From NCBI GenBank assembly GCA_964016885.1, contig OZ024741.1, positions 182,776,001 to 182,840,000 on the forward strand: a DNA stretch of 64,000 bases, in the 5' to 3' direction. Position numbers and translations under genes: made by a program. This DNA is from Eledone cirrhosa. Its lineage: Eukaryota. Below are positions 25,693-39,783 of this stretch, piece after piece. Under the pieces are notes generated by a model that had not been told where the DNA came from, searched no databases, and saw only the letters and a list, made by a program, of their open reading frames with translations. Every line of letters starts with the position of its first letter. Within the stretch, counting starts at the first letter, position 1.

Positions 25693-28622
25693 AAAAGGCC
25701 ATTTGGAGATAAATAGAACGAGGCAGAAAAATATGTCTGAATTACATTTATAAGTAAGAAAACCAGAAAAGATCTCTGGGTTCAGATGGCACTAGAAACA
25801 AAATCTGCCTGCAAAACTAACCTTTGCTTTAACGGAAGATGGGTGAATGGCTTGAGACACATGTTATGATCAAAGGAGAAAAGTTAGCACCCCTGACCCT
25901 TCTCAGGACCTCTGACATTAGTGGGAGGAAGGTGTCAACAGAAGAAGACCAAGCAAGAATCAAATGCTTGCAACAGAGTGAACTCCACTATATGTACTCA
26001 AGAGCTGCGATATTAAATCTCATACCCAAGAAGAATTAATCAAATACTTACTTGACATAAAGTGTCCTAATTGGAATGGCTGGTGCAGCAACGCATCATA
26101 CATGAGTGGAGTGCATCCATACATATCAATGTCGTTTAAGGAAACCCTCTTCTCACACATCATTTCAGCAAGCTAAAACATAAATATATAAAAACATTAG
26201 TTAGTTAGTTAGCATACTGTATATACTCATCGATACATTGTGAAAAATTGCAAACCTTGCTTTAGGCTTAAAATTTGCTGCATGCCAGGAAACAATTAAG
26301 TATATAGAGCCTGTTGACCATGCCACTACTCAAGCTTGTATGTACGACAGTATTGTTAACAAATACAAGTTGATGTAGTCTCTCACCACACCCCAAAAAA
26401 ATAAATAAAAAAGTCTTCGACATGTGAGAAACATACGAGGTGTGTCAGAAAAGTTCCAGGACTGATGTCACAAAAGATTTATTTCAAACCCAAACTTCAC
26501 ACTAAGAGTTTTCTCCTTCATAGTAATCCCCCTGGAGTATGTAACTGTAATCTTAGCTCTCTGCAGCGATCAAACTTTTTTCTTCATAATTTTATATACA
26601 TGGAGGCACATGGCTTAGTGGTTAGAGCCTTGCAATCGAAAGTTGAGTTCAATTCTCAGACCGGGTGATGTGTTGTTTCCTTGAGCAAGACACTTTATTT
26701 CACATTGCTCCAGTTTACTCAGCTGTAGAAATGAGATGATAGGGACTGGGGTCCATATCATTCCACTGCAAAGTGGTCGTGGAGGTGCCACGGCAAAAAA
26801 AGCACCCAGCACTCACTGTAAATGAGGTTGGTGTTAGGAAGGGCATCCAGCTGTAGAAATCAAGCCAGAATCAGTTCCCGTCCCACCCTTGCAAGCAGGG
26901 AAAAAGCAGACGTTAAATGATGATGATGACGATGATGTCCTCTGTTTCAGGTCGTCAAGCAATGAGCACAGAGCAACGAACAAACTTGAAGTTTCTAGTA
27001 CGGTTGGGGAAAACTCCATCAGAAGCACTGGGATTGCTGCAGCAAGTGTATGGAGATGAGACGATGTCACGCTCACGTGTTTTTGGGTGGTGCAAGATGA
27101 CCCCCAGGAGCAGAAGGCCCTCAACAACCAGGACTGAGGTCAACGTTGAGCGCGTCAGGCAGATGGTGCGTAGAGATCGTCAGCCTGACTATTCGACTGA
27201 TGGCAAATGAGCTGGGCATGAATTGGGACAGCGTCTGGAAGGTTCTCACTGAAGATTTGGACATGTGGAAAGTCTGCGCGAAGATGGTGCCAAAACTAGT
27301 AAACGATGACCAGAAGGGTCGACGCATGCAAGTGTGCCAGGACATCCTTGAGTGTCTTGAAACCGAACCAGACTTGCTAGGGACAGTCATCACCGGTGAT
27401 GAGTCATGGATGCTCAAGGAAGTCATCAAGGGAACCCGTTTTGAAGACGTGGATGACATCAAAAAGGCTGTGATGACGGAATTGCGGAGGATCCCGGAAG
27501 AATCCTTCCAGGAGTGCATGCAAGCGTGGCAGAAAAGGATGGAAAAGTGCATTAGACTCCAGGGGGATTACTTTGAAGGAGAAAACTCTTAGTGTGAAGT
27601 TTGGGTTTGAAATAGTTTGACATCAGTCCTGGAACTTTTCTGACACACCTCGTATATGCACAATTCTCTATCAGTTGGATATAATCCTAACGTACATTAC
27701 ATGCTGCATATATTGTCAGTTAACCAAGAGTGTTGATTTAAAATCAATGGTTAATTTCTTTGTTCCAGTCATAAATCATATAGAAACACATCATCACCAT
27801 GATATCTATGATCTCGCTTAGCTAGACTGTATTGGCAATGATTGAGATAGTTTTAAGAAGATGTTGTTTTTTTGATAAAAAAAAAAAAGCAACATGATTC
27901 CAAGCAAAGACGCAAAGAGTGTTTACAAAAAATAACATGGACTTTATATACAAGTCAAAGAGTGAAGCCAAAATATTATAAACAGAGGGAAGGTACAATA
28001 TACCTACTGTGTACTATGGCTTAGTATGGAGGAAAAGCATTGCTAATGGCTATTTTCAGTGGTTCCAAGACTGGGGAGGTGGGGAAGCTATCCTCAAATC
28101 AGAGACCTGGCCTGAATGCTCTGCTTAAGGCACCCAATGACCAATTGATTATATTTAACTGGGCAACAGATTAAATCTACCATGCAAGTAGGTCATGGCA
28201 GAATTTGAACTCGGAGCAAAAAGAGCTGAAACAAATAGCACAAAGCATCCCATGCAACACTCAAACATATACTAGTGTTTTTGTTGATATTTTTTATTGT
28301 AGCTCAATGTGTCTATGAGTATTTTCCATGTTTGTCTATCATTTATTTTAAAAACAATGTTTTGCCAGCAAAATCTAGTATTTGGTGACAGGAGAGAGAA
28401 TTGGAGTTGGCCATACATCTAAATCTGGTCAGATGGCTGTGATGTAAGCTAAATCTTCACACATGAGCTAGATTCTTTGACTTATTCTCCTTTTTTATCT
28501 ATTTTTTTCCTTCATTCTCACTCCATTTTCCAAAGAAGGATTTAGTCTGAAACACCTTTTCACTTCCCCTAAAAGTTTTACTAATAATCTAAATTTGTAT
28601 CCTATCCTTGTCATTTATTTTT

Positions 28623-28683
<61 letters not shown>

Positions 28684-31600
28684 CACAGTAGACTTCCACA
28701 CATTTTCCATCTACTCGATTCTACATACAAGGCAGAGATTAGCCCCAGGCTATAGTGAAGACACTTAACCTACCACACAGTAGAACTGAACCCAAAACTA
28801 CATGCTTGCAAAGAAAACTTCTTAATCACACAGCCACGCCAGATAAAATAAAGTTAAAGAAATAATGTAGAGTAGACAGAGGGTAATAATTTAAAAAAAT
28901 TACTTTAAGCTGCAACTGAGTCTGCTGCCCAGGAATGGTGCGAAGAGCCAAAATATGGAACAGATTTCGGCCGTCAGAATTACTGCTCTGCAACTTGGAA
29001 ATATCATGTACTTTTTTCATGAGACGGAGGGCAACGTTGTACTTGCTGACATTCAGAGCAGCCTAAAGTAAAGAAGAAAAAAAATATTAAGTTTTATTTT
29101 ACAATTAAATAATACATTAAATCATAAAAAGGGAAGAGAAAGGGGGTTAAACTCCATACTCTTTGTTGGGCAGTACATCACAGCTGCACCAGGCAGACAA
29201 AAGCATTGCTGTGGAGAATAGCCAATGACACTCACTGCATCACACATAGCACCTCACAGGGCTCCTTTGTCAGGTAGGATGTACTCCTCCCAATTTTATA
29301 AAGAAAAATAACAATTCAGGTACCAAATACACCAAGAGTATTGACGGCAATCAGTATAAAAAGGAAGCAAAACAGTCAAAGACCAGTATTTGGTTATCTT
29401 CCACTTTTTTGTGTTACAGGTAGCGGTGCCTAAGTACGTAGCCAAAGCAATAAGGTTGGTACCAAAGAACATGGCATTCAATTATTGGTGATGTAACCCC
29501 TCTAATGGGAAAAGGGTTATATTGTCTAAGCACCTACTGTCACAGGAAACCTGTCTGCATTGAAACTCCTTCTGATGATATCATTCAAGATGGTGTCAAA
29601 GGAACCAACCTTCACTGTGGAAACAAGAGTAAGTATTGAAGTCCAAACTCCTTGACTATGGCACCACAAAACCATTTGTACCTCTCACTTACACAGAGCT
29701 CAACGGGCAGGGCCATGCCAATGCAAGTGCACTCATCATTAAGAAGGATACCAGTTGATGAAGAGAGCACAGAATTGAACATGTCACCAATGTTTGGCTG
29801 CGAGGCAAATTGGAGGTAGCTGAGATGGTGTTGGTTTAAGAAAGACTCAATCCTTGTGCAGTTGAACTGCATTTGATGTTCTAATTGCATTAACAACTTG
29901 CATCATGGGGGACAGTGAAGTCAATGTTAATCCAGATGGCCAGAGCTGACTCAATGGTGAAGCAGTTCTTCATGAGGGAAAACACAGGATGTGAACCAAT
30001 GGGGTACACAATCTGTGTGTCTGCCTCATCAGGTTAACTCATTGGACATTTAGGTATTCTCATATAGCTTTTAAGAGAATAGGAGAGCGAAGAATTTCGG
30101 CATTAACACTCAAAGTCATACCTCAAGCAGAACAAACCAAATCCTGTGTATGCCAACATCATATTGAGTTTTACCATAACATATTTATCATCTCAATTTG
30201 GACAAGTTAAGTAAATGTTGAACTGTGTAAAATATTAATAATAAACCCTACCTCAATGCCACTCTTCATATCCATTGCAGTTGAATCTAACATCATGTAG
30301 GCAACATTTTGAAGTTCTGAACCAATGGCCTCCTGAAGGGAAGAATGAGAGAAACATATATAAAAAATATAATTGAAAATTAAAATTTAAAGAAAAATAA
30401 TGTCTTTGTTGATAGCGTCACAGAAATATAGCAACATTTATATATATTTTTTAATCTGACAGACTCATGGAACATTATGCTTGTGTGTGAACTATCCCAT
30501 GAATAAATCAGAATTTAAATACATTTTCTAATAAAAAAAATCTGACAGGCTCATGGGATACAGTGTGTGTGCATGAGAGAGAGAGGAGTAAAATAACAAA
30601 GTAGAATTTAATTGATCCAGCTTTCTTGGACAGAGATAATAATTCACAGACGATAAAGCCTATTGACTTTAGAATAGAGGAGACACTAGTTGTGGCATGT
30701 ATACTTTTCCAACAAGTGAAAGAATGGCTAAATTTGAATCAAATCAGAAATAAACTTGCTTCGCCTGTTAAAGTACGCGCACACACACACACGTAAATGG
30801 GTGCAAGCAAGACTACGCAGTAAAGGAGTTCATTTTGCAACCAAAAGGTTGCAGTCCAATCACACTGCATGGCACCTTAAGTCTTCTAGGTTTACCAATG
30901 CCACTCATAATTACATCCTACTGTCTTAAAAAAGAGAAGAATACAGAGGATAATATAGATATATAGGTCTATTTGGTCAAATCTGACCTTGAGCTAAACA
31001 ACAAAAGTCAAAAACATTACTGCAAAATACCCATAAAAACTTAAAACATGCCTGGAAAATAGAATGTTCTTGTTTCTGGGGTCTTTTGGCCATGTTTCTG
31101 ATAGGTTGCCACTTCCAAATCGGCTTTCGTTTCTTGTCGGCTTCATAAATCACATTTTTCGGAACAGGTGGAATTATCACATTGTCTTTAACATTTGCTC
31201 CCATTTGTAACAGGATGAGGGCACAACTGAAACAGAGTTTTGGTGAAGTCTTTCATCAGTTTAAATAACAAAAGAGTAGCAATACAACAACACTAAAAGT
31301 ATATAGTTAAAAACAAACAAAAAGAAATAGTGTTATTTGGTAGATGGCCAAATACAAATTGTGTGTTTGGTAACAATCTTTTATGATCTGGATACCATTA
31401 TCGTGCAACCTTCTAGGAACAGCAGCCAAATCTCCCTTAACCCTTTAGCATTTACCTTATTCTATATTTACTATTGTATTTTATCAGTAAAGGCTTTATC
31501 TCACATAATATCGAATCTACGAGATTTTGATATTATCTATCATCATCATCATCATCACCGTTTTACGTCCGTTCTTCCACGCTAGCATGGGTTAGACGGG

Positions 31601-34600
31601 TTGTCCTGTTGTGTGCAGTGTCTGGTCGGCTGACCATGCCTTGCTCATACAGGAACTGATCTGGCTTGATTTCTACAGCTGGATGCCCTTCCTAACACCA
31701 ACCTCATTTACAGTGAGTGCTGGGTGCTTTTTCGTGGCGCCTACACGTCCACTTTACAGTGTGGGCTGGGTGCTTTTTTTGCCGTGGCACCTCCACGACC
31801 ACCTTGCGGTGGGGGGGGGGGGGATATTGTTTATATGCTTCAGCATGTACCCATGGGAGGTCGGGTACTCTGTATTACTGCGTGACGCCAGAAGTCACGG
31901 TCGTGTGTCATTGTCTTTGAGAGGTGTAATTGGGTAAGGTCGGCTTTTATCACCTGATCCCAGGTCATCTTGGGTCTCCCCACTCCGCGGCTTCCATCAA
32001 CTTCTAGTGCTCTGCACCTTTTTATGCAGCTGTCATCCTTCATACGCATCACATGTCCATACCAGCGCAACCGCCTCTCCTGCACACAGCATTTGATTCC
32101 TCTTATGCTCAGTCTCTCTCTCAATTTATTTATGCTTTGTCGTTCACGTATATTACTGTTACACATCCATCGGAGCATGCAGGCTTCGTTTCTCTCTAAT
32201 CTACGTAAGTCTTCCACCTTCAGCGCTCAGGTCTCACTACCATGCAACATCGCTGTTCGGATACACGCATCATACAGTCTGCCTTTCATTCTGAGGGAGA
32301 AGCTTTTTGCAGATAGCAGTGGTAGTAGTTCCCTAAACTTCTTCCATCCCGTTCTTACCCTAGTTATTGTACTTTCTGAACACCCACCTCCGTTGCTAAT
32401 TCGGTCACCTAGGTAGCAGAAGCTGTCTACTGTTTCTACAGGGCCCTCCCAGAGATTGGTGGTTTTGTTTCCTGTGGCTGTTTGCTGCTTGCTGTTTCAG
32501 CACAGCTGCTGCATGTGAATCCTACATTCTTAATTAAGCTTCCTGAGATCCCGCTACATCTCTTGTGTACCCATTGTTTGCATTTGGGGCAGAGAATGGA
32601 GTTCCTACCTACACCTTTCCTACATACTGAGCAAGGCCATTTCCCTGAGGGGATCTGGGTTCTGTTTTCTCGTCTACTTATAAGGACCTTAGTCTTTGTC
32701 ATGTTGACTTTGAGGCCCTTTCTCTCTAGTCCCTGCTTCCAGGTTTGGAATTTATTCTCTAGTTCTACCATAGATTCAGCTATGAGTGCGAGGTCATCAG
32801 CATACAGGAGTTCCCATGGGCATCCGGTCTTAAATTCCTCCGTTATTGCCTGCAGGACTATGATGAACAGGAGAGGGCTAAGAACAGAGCCCTGGTGGAC
32901 CCCAACCTGTACGCTAAATTCCTCGCTATACTCATTGCTAATCCTAACTTTGCTGACTGCTCCCCTATACATGGCTTATTGAGAACAATACCTTAACATC
33001 AGTATGAGCAGCTGGTTATGGCAGGTATGAACAGAATGAGGTGAGAGAATTCTGGCTGGATATGGCCAGTTTAAATCATCTTAAAAAGGAAAGACATTGA
33101 ATAATGTAGTCCTAGATATCCTCCATAAGACATGATAGTTACAGTTGTGAAATCCTCACCTAAAATAAGTTTGAGTATGGTACACTTATATTTGTGTCAA
33201 CATTTTAAATGCAGGGAGCAAGCTAATTAGAAAAAACTATAGAGTAAGGAAAAATGATAATTAATGACTAATATTCTTTGTATGAAGGCATGTGGCTGAG
33301 GGGTTAGAGAATTGGATACGCAATCATGAGGTTGTGATTTCGATTCCCGGACAGGTTTATGCGTTGTGTCCTTCAGCAAGACACTTTATTTCACGTTGCT
33401 ACTTCTGCCTAGAGTTGCGACAGACAGATAATATTACCAATTGGAAAAACCAATGGGAACATTGTTTCCTCAATCCAATTTGACGAGCTCCTCCCCACTC
33501 GTTGAACGAATGAGGTCTGGGATCTTGTCGATCGACTAGCGATTCTTTGTATCTGTGGTGATAACTTAGGATATATTTCAGTGTTATTAGACATCTTCAG
33601 TAAATCAGACAATACTGTAGTGTTATGTATGTATTGTTTGAAATATGAAGATGAGAAATATGTCGATGACTTTAACTGAAAAATACAAACTATAATGTTA
33701 ATGTAAAAAGAAGAATATACAAACAATAAGGTTCACATAAAAAAAGAACCACCAACCTGTCATGCTCATGTCGGACTGCATAAGCAAGTGGTGTGTTTCC
33801 AGAATTGTCTTTCCGATTAATATCAGCATGGAACTAAAACAAAGAACACCAGAGTTTTAGAAGTGAAAGTCAAAATCATAATTGAAATATAAAGTAAAAA
33901 AGTCATTGATGATGTATTATGTCAAAAAAGAAAATTTTTCAAATGTTACAGTTGTATAAATGCAATATATGTAACCATCAACATTATCATCATTTAACAT
34001 CCATTTTCCATGTTAGCAAGGGTTGGACAGATCATCACAGACAAAGACATTGCTTAACTGAAGTTGGTGACCTCTCAGTTGGGCCAAAAGCACAACAGAG
34101 AATGTTGTGTCTTTGACATAACTGAACACTCCTCCTGACTCTTTGTTCGGCATGTTATCTAAGGCTGGATGCCATTCCTATCACCAACCATTTCAGTGTG
34201 TACCAGATGCATTTATTATGTGGATCACCAACACTAGAGAGGTTATCATGCCCTTCACACAACAGTAGGTTCCTCTCAACTATTTTTGGCATGATATCTA
34301 TGGCTGGAAGTCCTTTCTCCCACTAAACACTGGTACTGGGTGCATCATCATCATCATTTTTATATCTACTTTTACCATGCTAGCATGGGCGGAACAAGAC
34401 TTTTTGAGATAGTATTCTATGGCCACATGCTCTTCCTAACAGCAACCTTGTTTTTAAGTAAGGTACTTTATTCCACTGGTCATCACAACTTGAACTCCTG
34501 AGCTGTAGGACATAAACATCACCAGTTGCCCAAACAGTGTCAGTGTGTGTGAAGACACACATGGAGATGTGCATACATCCACACACACACTGGGCTTCTG

Positions 34601-37600
34601 TACAGCTTCTGCCTACCAAACTTCACCTATAGAGCATTGCTCAGCTCTATGCAATAGTAGAAGACTCTTGACAAAGATACAGCATTAATGAGGTCAAACC
34701 TAAAACCATGTGGTTTCAAAGCAAACTTCTTGACTTCACAGCCATAACTGCAGTTGATATCCTTATCATCATCATCATCGTCATTGTCATCTTAACATCG
34801 ACATTTCCAGGCTGGTATGGATTGGACAGGACTTTTTGAGGCAATGTTTTACAACCAGATACTCTTTCTGCCACCCTTTTAAATACTTCTTACAACATGC
34901 AGGAATATGGTGTACCTATTCTAAACCTATTCTTATACATGGTTGACAGTTCAATGTAAACAGCCATGGTTGCAGTTGATAGTTCTATCAAAGTAACCAA
35001 AGCTTCAGTTTATTGTTGACTCAAAATAGCTATGGCTGCAGCTGATAGTTTAATCAGTTAGGTCTACAAGGGAGAATTTGATCAAAATATATTTTTTTAA
35101 ATAAAGGAGGAGGAGGAGGAGGAAGAGGAGGGGAAAAAAGAATTATTATTATTATTATCACCAACAACATCCATTTTCCCTGCTAGCAAGGGTTGGTCAG
35201 GTCTACATAGGCCAAGACAGTACTGAAATGGGTCTACTGACCTCACAGGCAGGCTGGGGGATCTGCATCTCAGTTACACAAACATATAAATATAATGTCA
35301 AAAGATTACCTTGACTAAATGTCGACAACAAATGGTTGCTCCTCTACAGGCAGCTCGATGCAGTGGTGTCTGACCAAAAAAGTCAGTAACGTCAATTTGG
35401 GAATATCTCATGGCTGAAGTCAACAATTGGACAAGTTCAATGGGTTCTGCTGTTGTGTAAACGGGTCTGTAGTGAAGACAAAAAATAATTGAGCAAATCA
35501 ATAATCCTCTATTGTGACTGAACTATTAACTGAACCCATAGTTACTTTTAATGTGATGTAGCCTTAGAGCAAAAATTCTTACTAATGCAGTTTCATGTGG
35601 TACAGGACGTTAAGAGTTAAAAAATTTTATAGAAAATTATTGATCAATCAAAAAAAATATTAAGGAAATAATTAACAAAAAATATTAAATAACTAACAAG
35701 GTGGACAATAAACAATACTGTAATCAATATAAGAGGAAAATTACTTTTCTATATCTCCAAAGGCATAATGCAAACAAAGACGATTTTTTTTGTCTTTGGC
35801 AAAAACATCAGCATTATTTTTTATCAGCAATTCTTCAAGGTCAATGTTAGAGTCTAGCTGTCCCATGTTGTTTTTTACAGCACAATGTAGTGGAGTCAAA
35901 CCGTCACAATCAACAGCATTCACTTTGGCACCAGCTTCTTTCAGGATATGTACTCTCCTTAATGTATCAGCATCACGTACTGTTATAAAATTTTTTAAAG
36001 ATAAACACAGATAAATTATGACAATGTTACTGTGGGATGTAAAACATTGGATTTATAATTATTATTAAGATATAAGCCATCTGTGCCAAGAAATTACTGC
36101 ATACACTGAAAAAGCTTCTGTACCTACAAAACCTCAATTCAAAATATATGATACGTCATAAATTTTGTATGTAAAATTGAGGTGCAACTTATTTACTGGC
36201 AAAACTTATCTAGCGGAGTGACTTATATATGGTATATGTTTGTCTCAAGTGGTGGATTAGGTAGAGTGATTCTGGTGTTGGGTAGACTGTGCTGCAATAT
36301 TGCTTCCAGATCTCTGCACTCCACATTCAAATGCTGCCAAGTTTATCTTTACCTATCCTCTTTTTGAGGGTAGATAAAGAAAGTACCAGCCCAGTGTTGG
36401 TGCAGCCCTCACTGCTTTCAACTGTCACTGACTGGATGTTCCAGTGGGTGAAGGGTGAGAGCACTGAGGGAATGTATGTGTCACTAAAGCTACATATACA
36501 ACCAAATCCATTAGCAAAAGCATAGTACACTGCTACCAAGTCGTACTCCTGGAATTTACAATTTTAATGAGTTTGGAAATTTATTTCTAAGTGTTTTATC
36601 GCTATTTTTCCTATTCTTAATTCATCTTCCTAATTAACCATTTTGTGATTGGATATCTAATGAAATAGACTTTATTCCAATTAATTAATAAATAATTTTG
36701 AGGGATTTACTAAAATCATTAATCATTTTGTTATTGAGATAGTAATGTAACATATGGTTCTTTTATATTATGTTGGAGGATTTTAATTTCAATAAGAACT
36801 CTTTAAAATTGATGGTTTATGTTTCATGAAATCAGAGCTAGTTTTAGTCAGGTTGGTTTTAGAAGGGTTAAAAGGTTATTTTCAACCACAACGCAACAAC
36901 ACTTCTACAGAAAAAGCATATTAACTAATTACGAGTATACTCAGTATTCCTGATACAGAAATAAAAAAAAAAAAAAATATCATAAATGTTTGACCCCTCG
37001 GCCCACATCACTTCACTTTAAGTAGAGTAGTTGGCAAAGTCTATTACTGTTAGTGTTCTCTTTAATATCACTCAATTCCTTTGTGTAATATTTAACAAGA
37101 GGAACACTTAATAGCTGAACTTATCACATGCCCAGCACAATGAAGTAGAGATACAATCACACCAGAACATTGATTACTTACCTTGATTTTGAACAGCTAA
37201 GTGCAAAGCAGTCTGCTGTCTTGCATTACTCCTGTCTTCTATGACGACATGTGCTACCACAAGCATGCGCAGCAACTCTGGTTTACCATTCCTGAAAATA
37301 ATGATTTATAATTTAGGAAATAGGCCAGCAAATTTGGGGGAAGGGCAAAGTTTATTAAATCAATCCAAGTACTTGACTGATACTTTATTCTATCAGCCCA
37401 CCAAAAGAATGAAAAGCAAAATTTAACCTTGGTAGGATTTGTATTCAGAATGTAAAGAGCCTGCCCATCCACAACCCTCAAATCATGTATAATCTGACAA
37501 AGATTTTTCAAATTGAGATAAGTGTTACAAATTTTCATGACTGAATTCAGGCTACATGGGATGCAGCCATTTTGAGATATCACTTTCAAAGGTTTTTACT

Positions 37601-38687
37601 CAATCACAATAGCCCCAATACTTACTTCAGTCAGGTATTATTATTGTTCACAATTTATTGTATGATTAAGTTATGATTTTAATATAAAGGGTTGCAAATT
37701 AACAGAGAAAAATATAAATGACTTAGCTAAGGTCACAAAAATTAATTGCTGGAGCAAGTTTTGAATTTACATCTTTATAATCACAATGCTAACTATATTA
37801 AAAATATTTAATTTTACCAGCAAACTGATTCCATAAATACTGCATCACTAAACCACTGTTGTCTTCTATTTTGATGGGTAATATATTTTAAAATTAATGA
37901 TTATTTATTAAAATATATAATTAGCATAGTAAATTAATGATTTATAAGAACAGTTCATTATATAGGAATATATAAATTTTGATACAAAAGATGTTGTTGT
38001 TGGACCTCTGTTGCTTCTAATGTCAATTACACCCAGTGGACTTAACAATGGAAAAGCCTGCTTGTGAATTTAAAATGCAAGTGGCTCAGCATTCCACATG
38101 CACCCTCAATGTATTTCAAAGAGAGGTTCAGCATGGCACAAGTGTGACATGGCTGTTCCTTTGAACTACAGGTACAACTCATTTTGACCAGCTGAGTGAA
38201 CTGGAGCAACGTAAAATAGAGTTTCTTGCTCGAGGACACAATGCACCACTATAATCACCAAGCCACACACCTTCACTATAGAAGATTAGCGTACTAAAAC
38301 AACTTTTAAAATGGAATAACAATGTAAAACATTGGTACTTACTGAGAAATTAACATCAAAGGAGTCACTCTTTGGCCGATATCTTTTTTCATATACGAGC
38401 AATTTGGATTTGCATTGGCTGAGAGCTGTAAAACACAATTATATAAGTTATATAGGTAGATTCCTTACAAACAAAATTAGTAGGATAACAATGAAAGAAC
38501 AATCTGACAAAACTTAAAAGAACCAATGAATTACATATGAGGGATGTTGGACTAGCAATTTTGTTTACTATAATATATATCTCTGTGTATGTATACACAC
38601 ACATACTAACTTAATTCGTTCTTGAAGGGTGTTCACCATCCAAAATGTTTGTGAACCAAGGTTCCACTGTATCTTTGTGTGTGTGTG

Positions 38688-38738
<51 letters not shown>

Positions 38739-39734
38739 TGGGGGGGAAGAGATATCATATAATGCACAATAGCCTTTTAACACAAATGTCTATAAAAATG
38801 AGCAGAAAAATATAAAGGAAAAAAACAAAAAGGGTGAAAAACTTTCCACAAACTCCATTAGTCATAGATATATTTATATATATTATAGTCTGAGCACTAA
38901 CTGAAAGAATTAGATATTAATTTTGCTCATTAAGATTCAACTTTTGTTGTTGATTGTGGAACTAAATTGGGCATCAAACTTTATTTTCCCTTGTGGTACA
39001 CATACATACATACATTTGTGTATAAAAATGGGAAAAGTAGAACAAGATACTTGTAATAGTTCATTTTAATTCATTTGAAACTGATGATTAACTTCCATCA
39101 CTATTCAGAGTTTCTCGTCACATATGACCCTTCAGGATTCAACAGTAATAGTGGTGGTGGCGGTAGTAGTTTTAGTTTTAGTAGGTAGTGGAAGTAATGA
39201 AACCAAGATAGAGATAAGGGATTGACCAGATTCCTGTCAAGCATTTCCAGACTTCAACAACTAAGATTCTGCATGGTCACCCCACCAGTTAAATATCCCT
39301 AAAATTACACCTACCATTATGTTTTAAAACATTATATTGGATAATGCCAAGATAAAAATGTTAAGACAAAAATGTCAATCATGGCTGGAATTTATTAGAC
39401 TATAAATCTGCTCAATCAAAGCTTAACTGTAGCTAATCAACAAAAACAGAATTTTAAGCATTCATTATAAAAGAACAAAAAAGAGAAAGATGGATACCAG
39501 AATTTTGACTGCCTCAACTCGTCCTAATTGAATGGCTTGGATCAATGGTACACAACCATACTGATCTGGCATATCAAGCTGCGGTTTCTTGCTCAGAATG
39601 AGTTTCAGGCCTGGACAGTGGTTTACATTCCCATCAGGATATTTAACAGCCTTTTCGGCAACAGCAGCAACCATAAAGTGAATAGCACACCATTTACCTA
39701 GTGATATACAAAAATTGAGCATTTAGACATGTTT

Positions 39735-39783
<49 letters not shown>

